Origin: Leidyana gryllorum EB-2025a
Lineage: Eukaryota > Protista > Apicomplexa
DNA length: 64,000 bases
Direction of reading: 5' to 3'
NCBI GenBank assembly: GCA_048772705.1
Contig: JBLWGC010000230.1
Span: 1,302,001-1,366,000, forward strand
A program made the position numbers and the translations under genes. The notes beneath the pieces were generated by a model. That model was not told the origin of the DNA, did not search any database, and saw only the letters and a list, made by a program, of their open reading frames with translations. This document shows, in pieces, positions 1 to 15,000 of this stretch. Position 1 is the stretch's first letter. Each line of letters opens with the position of its first letter.

Positions 1-3000
1 TCCACGGAGAAGTTTAACTTTGAAAGATGGATAATAACTCGTCGATATATCTTCTTCCTGATGCGTGAAGCTAACAATGTCATTGATCTGGGTCTGGAGA
101 GAATATTGCACCAGATCTGGGAATTATCGATCCCTGATTTTGGCGTACCGAAGATCCGACGCCTACTGCGAGTTTTGGCCTCTCACTACTGGGTGGCGGA
201 ACTTGCCGTCCATCTTTTGGTCCACTTACATCATATCCAACACATTAAAGTCGACAAAGCGGTCTTGAGACTGCTACGCTCTATACATAAGAAAGAGCCG
301 TTAACAGTTGCTCGTCTCCGTCAAACCAAGGATTTGGAGGACGCGGTCGCAAATTACGATTTTGATGACCCCCGCCGAAACGCTCCCCCTCCAGAACCTC
401 CAAGTCTGGGCCGCATCTTCCTTCCACTCATCCTCTACACGGAAATCCGAGACTACGATGCGAGCTTCATGATCGACTGGGTCGAGTACTACGTCGCCAC
501 TGCCCAGTGTGAGCAGTTGACGATCCCAAACGCCTTCTGGCCTGACAGTACGCCACCACTGTCTGACGACGAACTGGAGGACGACGATGTGTCGTTCGCT
601 GGCGGTAACCTCGCGACTGGGCGTACTAGCTCGATCAGTCGAAAGGACAGTTCAACGGATGGACCGCCTGGATTCGAACGTATGGTGCAAAGTGGGATGA
701 AGCAGGTTGCTTCAGCTGAGGAACGGACACGTGAGAGGGGGCCTCGAGGTAATGTTCACCAGGCGAGTTCGTGGCCGTTCCGGAAGAGGCAACTCTGGAG
801 TATGTTATTCCACGACGGGGTACGAGATGTTTATCCCAAGCAGGGCGGTACTGATGTGGAGCTGTTCCTGTGTTGCCTGTGGGGTTTGACAAGTCACTGT
901 TGGGGCGTTTGTCCTCCCGAGAATATCATCAACAAAATGGAGGAGCGGATTCAGTGGTTCTCACACCGGTTCACGGAACTGTGCCGATCTGGAGGCAGCA
1001 GTGGCGGTCATCGGCGGTCTCTCCCTTCTGCAACAGCACCGTTACTCCGCAATGACTTGCTGCGGCCCCAGACGTTCTCTGTGATGAGCAAAGAATTGAC
1101 CAATCACATCAAATTGTACGACACCCTCCACCGATGGCAACCGGTGGACGGCGCCCATCGGCCCGCGGAGCTGGAGAAATTCGCTGCGATCAAACATGTG
1201 GACAAACTTCCGCGATGGCAATGGCTTTTCGGTCACGGCTATATGCTCAGTTTGTGCTACAAATACGTTGAGGCCCCTTCCTCAGACTTGTTGGTCGGCC
1301 GTCTCAAGTCTCACATCTCTCGTATTCGTTTGAAACAAAAGGAGGTGATGGACGAGCTTCCCGCTGTACTGACAGCTCCTCGCAAAGTGAGTCGAGCAGC
1401 CGCTCAGCATCTTCCCCTGGTGATGGTCCCGGGCGAGAGGCTGACGGTACATCGCGCAATGGGAGAGGTGACCTTCCAACGTCTCGTCACTCACATTATT
1501 CTCCACACCGGATTCCTACTGAGGAGCACCGTGGTGAGGCATATAGTGGAAGAACTGTATGTCGGGCTGGCACCCTTCTGTTACGCGGGAATGGACGGGT
1601 ACCAATTCCTGCGAAGTTGGTTCAGAACTGTGTTGGTGCGGGTCATAACATATGAAACCTTCAAGGTGTTCAAACAAGATGCGGTTGAGTTGCTGAGTTA
1701 CCTGAACACTCCAGAGATCACAACGATATTGACCCCGCGAGTGGTGGAAGAGGCGAACTTGATGATTTTTATGTACGCGGGGTTCCGGACGAGCGAATTG
1801 GCATTCGTCAACTGTATGATGTCGAGATTACTAAGGTGGGCGAACCATCTGAATCGCAGCCCCTACATGGCACTACTGGTGAATAAGTTGAATGTCTTGG
1901 CAACGTTGGCGGATGAGGCCAGCTTGTCTTGGAAGCACTATGATGGGCTCGTCAAATACGAGAACATCTACCTGCCCTTCCTGAAAACTTGTGTAAAACG
2001 CTGTCGATGTGATCCTGAAGCTTTGCTCCGAGACTGCCACGTTGTCGATATGCGACGTAAGATGGGGCGACAGTTCCGGTTCGCCGGCCCGGACGGGCAG
2101 GTCGAGTACGGCCACATCTGTCCTGATTGTGGGAATGTGATGAATGTCCAACAGTTCCGAGATTGGTACCTGAAGGCCAGCGCAGTTCGCACAGAGAAAC
2201 CACCCCTCCAAGAGTATTGGGACTTTTACAAAGTGGATCCTCTGTCTAATTTGGTGACTCAGTTGTGTTCCCATTTGGGTCTCCCCCCACACGTGGAACC
2301 CACTTTCCAGTCCCTGGTGGTGCCACTCGGAGTGGAAACAGAATATCGTTTGACTCTGGGCGATCTCTTGAGATCTAACATTGTTGAGATACAAAAGGAT
2401 GTGTGGATCTTTATGGCTTACCTAATTGCATGTGGCCGAGTTGTGGGTGTCCCGACGACATACCATAGTTTCCCGCAAGGGGTCGATCTGGACGAGCTGT
2501 TCTGTTACAAATTTGTCAGTGCCATTGTGTGCGGTGTGCTAGGTGGCTACGATGAGCTTTCGCTTACTGATATAAGTGAGGTGTTTCGGTCGGATGCCGA
2601 GATTTCAGCGATCCGCGTCCTGACGATGCTGAATCGACTCTTGACATTGAGGCTCATCGGACAGCCTCGATACAATTGGATGTACCGAATCATCGTTAGC
2701 CGCGTTCTCCGTTGGGCATGGATAAAGAATGCCGCTGGCCCAGTCGCCTATGGTATGATCTTCATCCACGGCATGACGAGACTGGTTGAATTGATGCCCA
2801 AGAAACCGAATCCCGCCGAATGGATCAAATATGTGGAGGAGCGAGAGAAGAAGTACAGTCGAGACACATTGGAAACCCTCGGGCGTCTGGGGATTGTGAA
2901 TCCGGACGCTCAGCCGACCACGAAACCGCGACCAGTGCACGAGGACCCTGACAATCCGTACTACGGCTACGATGGTGACTTTCACATAGACGAGCTCGTG

Positions 3001-6000
3001 TGGAATCTCAAACACGCTCATCACAATAGCAAGGCTCTGATCCTGGAGCTGAGTATGGCACAAAACTATTTGGAGGAGATTGGTCAAACGCGTGTGGCTC
3101 TAACCAATGTACTCACACACTCCCCTCTACATGTGGTATTCAAAGGCCATTGGCTCGATTGGCGTTGCTCCCCAGAAGTGAGAGGTACGGTGTGGGATAA
3201 ATGGATGGGTCGACGAGACCTCGAAGAGACTCAAGCTGAAGCCGAGAGACTGCAAGACAACGAGCTCGAATTGCCCAGAGGCATCGAGGCGGAGTATCAG
3301 TCCGATGCAATATCCAGCTTGCCAAACAATTTGACAGATGATTACTTCCTTAAGATTGCTCTGTACGCATTGAATAGTATCAACACTGTTGCACGTATGG
3401 TGAAGATTCAGTCTCTGTACCCGCCGGTGCGCTTCTTGAAGTGGGCTGTGTTTCCCTACAAGGCGAGATTCCGGTACGCGACTACCCGGATGGATGGAGA
3501 AAACGCCCTCAAGCCTCGATGTGATCGTACCAATCACAACGAAGACCTTATGCAAGATTTCTGGGCTGACTATCTGTATACCCGGCGGTGTGGCGGACAT
3601 TTGGATACGAGACAGATGCCGGATCAAAGCAAATATCACCGATTGAATCGTAGAGCGATCCGAGATCAGATGGTCCGATGGATGGAGAGATACCCGCCGA
3701 ACAAGAAATGTGAGATTCCGTGCCCGCGGCAATGGCCTGTAACCGATCCATTGGCCAAACCGACATGGTACGGCAATCGTGCCGAAATTATGAGCGCACA
3801 TGAAGAAGAGGCCGAATTGCAGAGGCTCAAAAACACAGCCCGTGCTCTGATCCGGGCGGGCAAGGCTGCCACTCGAGAAGAAGCAATGGAAATGGCCACC
3901 GAAGAGTTTGTGTTCGGACTTCCTCCTGACGAGGCCCAGACCTTATGTGAAGCGAAATTGGACTTCCATCGCTATCTCCGTTCAATGTATGAGGCTATGT
4001 TCCAGATGTACGCCTATCTGCGCTTGGAGACCCGCCCTTATGTCATGAAAGACGACTATAGGTTCTTCACTTATCGTTGTACCACCTTCCTCGGAACCCC
4101 AATGGTCGCCGATCTGGCCGTCCATCAGCTCGATGATATGCTTGAGATTACAGCCCACTGTGTCTACCTCTTAATGGGCCGTTATGTGTGTGGACCGGTC
4201 GCAGTGCTGCGTCGCACACTGGAGCAGGCAGTCAACACGGTAATTAAGCAGGTGATGGCTGAGAGGATCGAATTCTTGAAACAAGTCAACCTGGCCTACC
4301 AAGCTGCTTACCCAGTCCCACCTCCCAACCCGGATGCTGCGCTTGACCAAGTCATTGAGACTCTCTGTCACAGCATTGCGGCCGCCGGCAAGGGTACAAC
4401 GCTCCAACATCTTCCATCGCAACAATTCAAGTTTGCGACGCTCGTGAATGCTCTCCAGGCCGATCCAACATGTCTGAATCGCCCCGAAAGATGGATGGAC
4501 GAAAAGACTGTCTTTGAGGTTCAACCGGACTCATTGCACACCGCACATCGCGGAATCGGCAGCCACAGTTTGACCAGGTCTTATTGGTGGATCATGACAC
4601 TCCGAGGGGCCGCCATAGGGATGGCCGAACATCTCAAGCGCCAACCCGCGTTCACCGACCCCTACGCCCTGCGCAGAATGACCACTCCGAGCTTCGAGAC
4701 GCTGCTACGAGAGCGGTCCAAAGATGTCGTTGAGACCTCTCTCGGTCTTCACTATCTCAAGGCTTACGAAGAGGTGATCTTGGCCCTCACTGAAGGTTTG
4801 CCCACCGAAGCTGCGAAGATCGTGTTGCACAAAGTCGTGGCCATATGTCCGCGGGGATACTTCCACACCAAGGCATTCACAGATGTATGGCTCAGTCTCA
4901 TGAATATGGACGATAAAGAGGATCTGAGTGATTCGGTGCTGCTGAAAGCGCTTGAGACATACACCAATCACTACCGACCAAATGTTTCCTGGCAGTCGAT
5001 GCCCACTGGGTGGCCAAAAACGTATCCCTTCCCGCGTTTGGCGACAGACAGAGCAACACAGGCCGCTAAGCTGCTGCTGGACTCTGCATACATCCATCGA
5101 CAATATAAGGTCATCGCTCTGCGTACCCAGAAGTTTGCGAAACGGCCCGTGAAGCAACGATGGGTGCTCAAGAAGACCCACACGGACCTCATGAGACCCG
5201 GTGGGGTCATTCCGAAATTGCTGTACGATATTCCTGAAAACTATTACCTCGATGTCGATTGGGATGCATATTGCCGCATCGAACCCACAACTCAAGAGGC
5301 ACTGCAGGTCAAAGTGTTGGCCACAAAACCAAAACCCCATGGTGGTGACTTTGACTATCTTCCCAGACTGTGGAGTGTCCCCGACCCTCCAGAGGGAGAC
5401 CTGCGGCCTTTGCGTCTGGTGATGGACGTAGATGCTGAGCGCGCCAAGAAGTTTAAGCCGACTCTATGTGCCCGTTGTCCGACGTGCTTTGGGAATCTCA
5501 TGCCTTTCGAAATCGATCCCGAGTTGGTGAAGGACGCTTGCGAATCGATGGAGGTCCCTCCGCCGACCAAAGCTCGCTTCTTTATGGACATTTGCAATTG
5601 CAAAGAGAACCGGATCTCACACACCCCCAGATACGATGGCGAGAGACAGCCCGTCCAGTCGTACAAAGGCACCAAAGAGGAATGGGCATTGCTGCAATAC
5701 ATGAAGGACCCCTACAATGACATCATGTGGCAGCGTATCAATCAGATAATCATCCAACGGCTTGGGTACCTCTACAGATGGGAGGACGGCGCGCTGGTAC
5801 CAGCAGCACCCCTAAGGCGACGTGATGTACTCTCCCAAGAAGACATCCCACTGTATCCTGATGACGCAGATCGCGTGCCCAACGACGACTCTCCCAATGC
5901 CCCAGCGAGAGGCGGTCGCTCCGTCGTTCACGGCATGGGATTGAAAGACGCTTGGGAGCACTTTCATTGCGGTCTGACCCTCCGTAACGGACGACTGGAA

Positions 6001-9000
6001 CCCCTGATCCAGGACGTCGGGCGCAACGCCGCCGAAGTCTTCCTTCCCCAGTTGTGGCGGAATGAGGGGGACTCAGGCGCTCTACCGATGCCGTTCGCAC
6101 TCACCAAAAGGAATGATGTCAACACCGAGGGCATTCCGATAGTGCCTGCGGAGATACCGTTGGCTATGACCGATTTACAACAAGCCTGCGACAACATACG
6201 CCCTGAATTGGTCGAGCGTCTGCCTACTTCCGTACACGCTGACTCGCTGGGCTTCCACCCGGCCTACACACAGGAAGAGCGTACCCTGCTGCTCAAGTTG
6301 CGTATGGCAGAGCGGAACGCTCCCATCAATATCGGGTGGTTCCGGATTCGACCGGTATTTGGGCACGGGCCATACGCAACACTCTTCACCTCTTCTGAAT
6401 CACTGATTCTGAATAAATTGCTCCTCCTCGGACTATGCGACACAATGCGTCCGAAGTCTCCCATGATTCTCCCCTACGAGCTGGGCACGACCTACCGAAC
6501 TATAGTCACCAACTTTCTGACGCATCACATTGTTCCGCGAGCCAAGCGGATGGCTTGGGACATCCAGGCTCTCCCTCCTCCCAAGTACTCCCCTTCGGGC
6601 GTTGAGTTGTTCCAGCACGACCCGAAGCTGATGACTGAGCAGGACATAGATTCGGATGAAACAGAGTCCTCAGTGTCAGACGAGGTAGAAAAAGTCGAGT
6701 TTGAGGCTGTGGACGATCTGTTCTCCGCGTATCCGAGGGCCAATGCCAGTACCCGCGCATTAGTCAAATTCCTGGAAGGCGATGAGCTCATCACTCATGT
6801 GGGAGAGCACACCGAGCGGATCCTTTACCTCGACAGAGCACAAGCCACCCTTCCACTGCTGATTCAACGTGCTCTGCAGGAGGGAAAGCCCCTTCAAGTC
6901 AATGTAGTCGCCGCTCCTCCACCAGTTGTCAAGGCGATTGGCACCACCACGGCCGATGCCGGCGGCTCTGAGGAGAATCCGTCGTTGGAGGAAGAAGGAG
7001 AATCGAACAACAAGTTGTCGAAGATCCAAGAAGTCTGGGGCAAACATCCGAACCCGCCTCCCGGGAGAGCTCTCCAGGCTTTTGTGACTCTGCCAGACGG
7101 TACCTCCGTTGAAGTACTCCCTCGCGTCCGCAAGTTGGACTGCCGACTGATTCCCAGCGAAGCTCTCGGCGTCTTGGATAAACTCTTTGACGGCGTTGAG
7201 GGAGACGAGGGAATGCGAGCACAGCTCTTGTCGTTGTATTTGACGTGGCCGAATGCGGTGTTTGAACAGGGCGATGATTTGGACGCGCTGCTCACCAATC
7301 GGTTACAGTGTTACGTCCACCCAGAGACGGGCCGCAAGTGTCTCCGAGTACCACCAATCAATGTCAAAGGGCTGAGAGCTGTCATCAGAAGTCTTGAGGA
7401 AACCGGGAAGCTACCAGCCGTACAAGACGAGATTGGCGTCCAAACTAATGAAATAGTGTACTATTCTACGCCGGAGGTCTTCTTCCCGATCAGTGTTTTC
7501 GCTACCACCGATCGCCGCCGGATTCCCTTCTACGACTCTCTACAGCTTGCGGCTGCGGCGAGACGTCGTTTGTGTGCTGTGAGGCGGTATGCCCGCAAGC
7601 GGGCTATAGTCAAGACGAACCGCTGGGAGCTCGGTCACCTAGCGAGGGGACGGAAGCTCACATTACCCGTCATCACTCGCCACTCGAGACCCGTGACGGA
7701 AAAATGGATCAAGCGTCAGGTTGTCGGATCAACTGGCCATCCCTTCAGACGACTCAACAGGCAGGCCAGAGTTAATCTGTTCAGACGTATCCAAGACCAT
7801 TTCCACAACTGCACGCGAAACTATCGGTTATGGAGGCTCAAGTTGAATAAGACTACACCACTCTTCTCTCCGTGGCCGTCTCCAGAGGCTCATCTCGTCA
7901 CCCTCCTGGCCGAAGCCAAAGCTCGATGGGCAGTGAAAACCAGAGGTGTGACTGTATCTGTCGAGGCTGTGACGGAGGACGTGGACATGGATCTCGAAAA
8001 CCAGTCAAGTCTTGCTAATGTCGGACCGCTGGTAGACATATCGCGCCCACCGTCCAGTCCCGAGTTTGTGAGGCCCAAACATGTGTCTGATGACTTGCGC
8101 AGGTCTGTTATGTGGGATGCGGGCGCTGTGCCACAAATGCTCCCGAACGTCAAAGGCCAACCACCTCCTCATTACGCAATAGGCCAACTCCCCAATATGG
8201 CGATGGCTGCCGGTCCAATGGTCAGTCGTGGGGCACCCAACGATGATCCGCTGCCTATGCCACGAAGCCGTATGCCCTATGCGGTTCCGACACAACCGTC
8301 ACAAGAGAATGTGCTACCCAAGAGCTCTTTCAAACTGACGAGACAGGAATGCACCTACGATAATCAAGTGTTGAACGCTCGAGACCAGGAGCCACCACGA
8401 CAGGAAGAGGTACCACGACAGGAAGAGGTGCCACGACCTCATTTCCCTCAACAGGTGCCCGATCACTACGAAATGCCCTTAGTGGCTGGGCCTCGACGTG
8501 GCCTTGTGACACGTTGTCTCCCTCAGTCGCCACGCCGACCTCCCTTCCCGCGAGACTACCTGGACGACGAAGCGAACCCAGAAGAAGTACTGCCGTTCTC
8601 TCCGTCAATCCAAATGGACTGGCATAAATATGAGATGGTGGGTGGAGTGGTGCCTGACAGTCCCGACAGTGAGACGGTACCTCGAGTCCGAGACGAAGGC
8701 AAACGCTCGGAAGCCGCCCGAGAACCACCGTTGCCCTATCACCAACAGTGGGGTCCAATCTCACCTCCAATCTCAGTCGATGGATTTGAGACGCAGAATC
8801 GTGGGACGAGACGTAGCCTTGAGGACAGCGATTGTCCTCCACCGGGATTGGAGGGCGTCAACCCTCGGTACCAACCACCGCCACCACCTCCTCGACAAGC
8901 AGTGACAAACGTTCAAGCGACCCAAACGAGTCCTGAACGCACCTTGTCTGCTGCTGAAGAGAAGCCGGCAAGGCCGAAACGAGTCAACTTGACAATGAAT

Positions 9001-12000
9001 CCTGCATTGTGTATCAGTGTCTCGGGTGAGAAGGTCTTTGCCTTCTTACCCCCTGGAAACCATTCCATCTATCCGCAAACGAATGCTTACACACGCATCA
9101 TGAGGGCGATGCCTGGGACCCCCCGCGCGGCACCTAACATGCCACAAGTAACAGTGGGGCCGTTCGGCTCCGCACTTCCACCTCTACCGCCTCCTCTTGC
9201 ACCACCGCGACCTCGTAGTATGCACATCGAACCGGAAGATGCCGTCATCCTAACGATACATGACCACCCAGTTCCTACATTCCAGCCCCATACCATCTTG
9301 TCCCAAGAGGCGCCGCCCAGACCTTACAATCTGCCGAGGAATCTTCCTCCTCCGATCGACACCACGCCCCTTCCCAAAGCACCTCAAGCGAAAGCCATGC
9401 AACTAAACAGACCGTCCAACGCGGCAGGACCCTCCAGGCAAGATGTTCGGCCTCCAACGCAAAATGTTCGGCCTCCAACGCAAAATGTTCGACCTCCAAC
9501 GCAATATGTTCGACCTCCAATGCAAAGTGTTCTACCTCCGACGCAGCATGTCCGACCTCCAACGCAAAATGTTCGACCTCCAACGCAAAATGTTCCACCT
9601 CCAACGCAAAATGGACCAGGAGCTGGAAACTCAGAGAAGAAAGAGGCAGCGGACGCTCGAGGGGAGACTCGCAGAGGAAACAGAAAGAAGCCTTCTCCAC
9701 CGCCGTCTGACCCTGGCGACTCCTCCGGGTCATCGGACGAGGGCGACAACAAAGAAAATGCCGACGCTCACAACGATACTTGCATGCCGGGCAATAAAGC
9801 TCTGGACATATTCGAAGACTATCGCCCCTATGTCCAGCCCGGCTCAGTGTGGGCAGGAAAGAAGAAGAGAAGAGTTTACGATCGTTTCGATCAGAAGGAG
9901 ATCGCTTCCACACACGCGTGTGCGTTCAGAAACATACCTTCAATTCTGCGCGAGCAAACCAAGTGGACCGAAGATGCCCAGCTGTTGAACGAAGCTTGTT
10001 CATTCGTCCTACCTTGTATTCGTGATGCACGAATTGTATTCGATCCTGAGGAGGCAAGCAGGGTGGTGTCTGCGTTACGAGCGGCATGTCATCAGTGGTA
10101 TTTCGAACGCGCTACCAAGATGCGTCAGATGAGATACACATCTCTGACGGTGGCGAACCCGGCATCGATTGTACGACGAGTGGAAGCAAGGAAAAGAATG
10201 CCCAGATTGGGGCCTTTTGGCTTCGAGCCTAGTCGATTCGTGTGGACCGAGCACATAGATCGTGAACAGGCTGCTAAAGTCAAGGCCGAAATCAGTGATC
10301 TGATTGATGATGGATGTTGGGCAGAATTCTTGGCTGACTCTACACCGGTTCCGTTGTGTTATTTCTTCCCGGCTTCATTCGAGTGGCCATCAAACTTTGC
10401 GATAAATCAGCCCGATTGCCCCGAGATGGACATACCATTCTCGCAACGTCCTGAACCGGAACCGGCCTTCCCCGGATGTGCCGGATACACAATTGGCACT
10501 GTATGGATCAGGAAAGCAGCTGGCAGTAAAGAATTGATGGACCTGTTGGTGAACCCTGCCAAATGCAGAACCTGGCCAGAGATATCAAGCCTGATTGTTG
10601 CCTTGACCTCGGAATTCAGCAGCCTGCATCCACTCCGGACTGCATACGAGCATTCCAGAGAGAATCCGGCTTTACCGGAAAATGCAGTGATCGCTGAAGG
10701 AGTTGGGTGGGGTGATATTGAGCTGCACAGTTTGAGTGTTCCTGCCGATCCGCAAGAGAAAGCGACGTACTCGTCTAAACTGAAGTGGGAACGAGAGTCT
10801 AAATCTGAAGGACTCATTTCGCTGTTGCAATGTTATGGTGTACCAATGTCTAGTGACCAACCTGTGATCAGTTCAACAACTCGTGATAGCGGACCCATAC
10901 AAGTACCAGCTCAGTCGTCACCAACTGTTGCAACAGTACTCTTTGCTAATCTGGCCGATGAGGATGGCACTGCACTGCAGGATCTCCAGCCATTCAGTCC
11001 CGTTTGTACTCGCAAGGAGGAACAGGCCGCTCCCCCGCGTGTGTCTGGCGTCACATCAGATGTTGATCAAGATGGCGGCCGTAGTGCAGCTTTTGGTGCT
11101 CAACAGGCTGAGGTTAACCAGACGAGCGGAGTTACGAGCTCAGAATCCAATCAACCTGCACTCGCCATGGATTGGAACCATCGGTGTGCTGATGGGACTA
11201 ATCCGTTCGACCGAGATGTGCAGCGACTTCCAACGAACTCGGCTGCAAATCATGACACTTTGGCGGTCAGCGAGCCGCCGCAACGGTCCGAAGTCCGCCA
11301 AGACTTGTGGGATTACGCGGCCAGCCATGTGATACCGATCCTGCGACGCATGTTGGAACGACTGGCCATGGCCACAGACAGGCAGAGCATGGCGGAGTTT
11401 GCCTCGGAACGAAATTACTACTTACAACAACTGTTACGAGCACTAATGGGATGGGAACTTCAGGCACATTCTGGTGTTATGGTGAAACCGCATGACGTAA
11501 TGACTGTACTCGGAACGCTCCCGCCTTCCACACAAGTACCTGTATTCGTGGCACAGCACAAACGATGTTTCTGGCACCCTTCGGACTCCGAAAACAATGA
11601 GGAAGATATTGTCACACCTCGACAAATTCGGAACCAGCAGCAGCCTAACGAAGAAGCGCAGACCTCCGCTGTATTCTCTGAGTTGGTATATGAGGAGGCT
11701 TTCCTTGCCCGTCAACGACCGCAAGTAACTTGGAACGCAACACGGGATCATCGTGCGCGTTTAGGGGCAGCCTTGCGCCAAGCGCAAGGTGTCGGGGGCG
11801 GCAACCACGATCACTTGGCACAGCAGAGTCTGCTGACACACACCACCAATCAGCACCACGCTGGTGTCCACCGTGCTGCCGATGGCGGCCCCTATGCAGC
11901 CCATGTTCCGGTCGTGCGGCGAGCACAGGTTCCTAGCATTGAAGCCCAGGTCACCTTTGGAGACAGTCAGCCGGGTGCGGACCAGACATCGGATGACGAA

Positions 12001-15000
12001 CACGGGAACGGTCCTCGTCGCCCCAACGGCACTGTGCACGAGATCCCGGACCCTGATGCTTTTGACTCTCAGCCTCCTACGGACTCCGCCCGAGATGGAA
12101 CAGAGGTGGAAGATTTGGAGCTCAACGATCAATGGGAACTTGTCCGGCGGCCTGATGCGAACGAGTTTAATCAGCCGCCAGCGGAAGACCATTCTGTGAC
12201 CGTCAACGACGACAGAGCTTTTGCGAGTACACAACCGACAGCTACTGCCAGTTCGGATGCTGCACCTGCAGTCCAGGGACGTCCGGCTTGGGCTCTGAAG
12301 ACCAAATATCTGTGGCAGAAGTACCAAGAGATGGTGGATGCCTCCCCATACCCGGATTGCGACGAAGATGCCTGGGCGGATGCTGATCACGTGGCCCATG
12401 AGATTATTCATAAAGTCATTCGAGACCATCCGGAAGAGGTCAGTCGACTCAATCCCAAGTCCTTCCTGCTGTTTATTCGGAGGGCTGTGATACTAATCCT
12501 CGAGATGCAAGCGGCAGAAGCACCTCAGCCACGAAGAGGAGGCGATACCGAAGAGGGACCGGCTGAAAACCGGCCCCCATATGATGAAAGACGAGACCGA
12601 ACGCGGGTTAGGGATGGTCGACGGGCTCCCATGGACGAAGACGAGGAACCTGACAGTGCTGAGGACAGACCTTCGACCCCAGAGTGGCCGGTTGCGACTA
12701 CGCGAGAGGGCGTAGCAAGTCGTATGCGCGCGATCAGACTGAGTCGCCATGCTGCACAGCGACACTATAGCAGAGCTCGACCTCGGCCACCTGCTCCCGT
12801 ATTTGTCGACCCTCTGCAACAAGAGCGATTCAAAGAGCTGCTGGTGCAACGGCGAGCGTGGTTGAAGCACGACGTCACCCGAGGACTGCACGCGTACCTC
12901 ACTATTATGTATCGAATGAGGGATGAACACAACCGGTTGTGGGCGCAAAAGTATGTTCACTGTCAGCAATGCGTGGACCAAATTGTGAGTTCGATCGAAA
13001 AGACCTGCGGTGAGAGTGTAGTGGATCCACGAAAGGTTCGAGCGATCCATGATGTGATGGCTAACCGCCAGAAAGCAATGTTGGACGAGATGTGGGAGGA
13101 ATCAGCCGGTATACTCGAGAGGATAGGGTGGGCTGAGGAAATGCGTCGCCATGCTCAGCATGAGACTTTCACTGTCAAACTGTTCGACGCCTTCATTGAC
13201 CAGATCGTGTGGCCTCCCCTTATGGAGCACATCCACCGGTACGATCAGTGGGCGCAGATCAACTTTGATGACCTGCCTATCTTCGAGAGTGGAGCGTACT
13301 ACGAACCGGAGAAGAAGCGATGGTTCTACTACTCTCGCGAGAGTCGGTGGTCAACGCCGGCAGCCGCTGAGGAGAGTTCTGAGTTGACAGAGTGGGCCAC
13401 CCGGGAACGGGGCTCACCGTCGGCCTTCATATCCTCGAATATCTCGGAGACTTGTCTGAGAGACATATTGGGCCCAGACTTCAATCTGGTGGAGCGATGC
13501 AGCAGACCGATCTACAGTCGGTGGAGACCCATCATCAACATAGACGCCGATACTGTGACCATAGACACATTGGAGTCTGGCATGCGTCTGCAAGACGAGA
13601 TGGAAGGAGCTGACCGGGTGCGTCAAGACTGCATGATGGCTGAGACTGCATTGCGTCAGCTCTACTGCTACGAACCCGTCACAGCGAATGCCATCTTGTT
13701 GGGTGAGAAGGAGACGATAGATCTCCTGGAGCTTCCTGAACATGATACCATTGGGTCCAATGAGCAACCACTCGCTATGATCGATCTTTTGGACGCCTGG
13801 GCATATGTCATGGGGGCTGCAGAGTTCGAGTTTGCGCTGCCAGATTTGCAGATCCCACCAGCCATGATGGCGTGGCTGTGTCGACAAGTCCCGATCCCAC
13901 TCACGAAGGAACAACTGGCCGAGGGGACGGCACCGGTAATCGATGCCATATTGTCGAGGGCGACTGAGATATATGAGGAGAACATCCAAGTTGCGGCAAC
14001 CACGTTGTACGACGAGATAAGAGCGACTCTGGCTACAAATGAGCCACCAGCGGATGGATCGTATGAGATTGAGGGAGATCCGTCTCTTCGGCTGCCTCTG
14101 AGAGCGGGCCCGCCCCCGAGCAATCCGCTCGCGGAGAGGGAGTTCCTGATGAACCTGCCGCGCGAAGTGCGGAGATGTATACTAAACATATTCGGTTCAC
14201 TGAGCTCCGAAAAAGACACGGACGCTGATAAGGTGCCTCATACCAGCGCCAAGATCCCGGTGGTTGGTGGTCTGCTGGTCGCGGTGACTCACTTCACAGA
14301 CGAACAGACGCGAATTGAAGTGGGAACACGTGCCCTACCGGTGCACTTCCTGATCTCCAGGAACTCGATTGAATTCTGGATTGTTCTGGCCTACCGATGG
14401 ACAGAGTACCAGCGCGAGATCCAAACGGCAACGGAGTGCTACAAAATGAGTGTACCGGGCACTCAGTCGGCGGCTTTCCTATCCTCCGCCACCTCCTCCG
14501 CATTGGCCCGTGAGAGTCTGACGCACCGTGGCTCCGCGACTGCTCGATTTGTTCTGTTCCTTCGAGAGCTGACCCAGCGATGTGGCGCCGCCATAGTACA
14601 GACTGATGAGACTGGCGGCGCGTTGGTCACGTCAGAGGACGATGAGGCCGCCGATGGAGAATGGAATGAGGGTGATGAGACATATCTGGAAGCACCAGCA
14701 GCCGCGGTGCTGAAGCACAGCTTGGCTCAACTTCAAACACTATGTTTAAGGTTGGACACTCTGATATTGGCCGAGCATTACTGCAATCTTTTCCCAACAC
14801 TAATGCCGGTTGGTAAGGAGGATGTCACCGACACGCTGAGCGTTGTGTACAAATTACTGGTGCACGAGTTGAATGGTATCTTCATGGGCTTCAGGAAGAT
14901 TGCAGACGTTGACTTGGATACGACAGTCTTGTGGGCTGACTGCAAGAATATGGCCGCGATCACGATCACGCAACCTCTCATATGGGAAATAGCTGGATTC

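Noticed and set aside
61-63. ATG at 61 as the definite start
   Set aside because: The frame is open and protein-like back to base 1, so the true start may be outside the window
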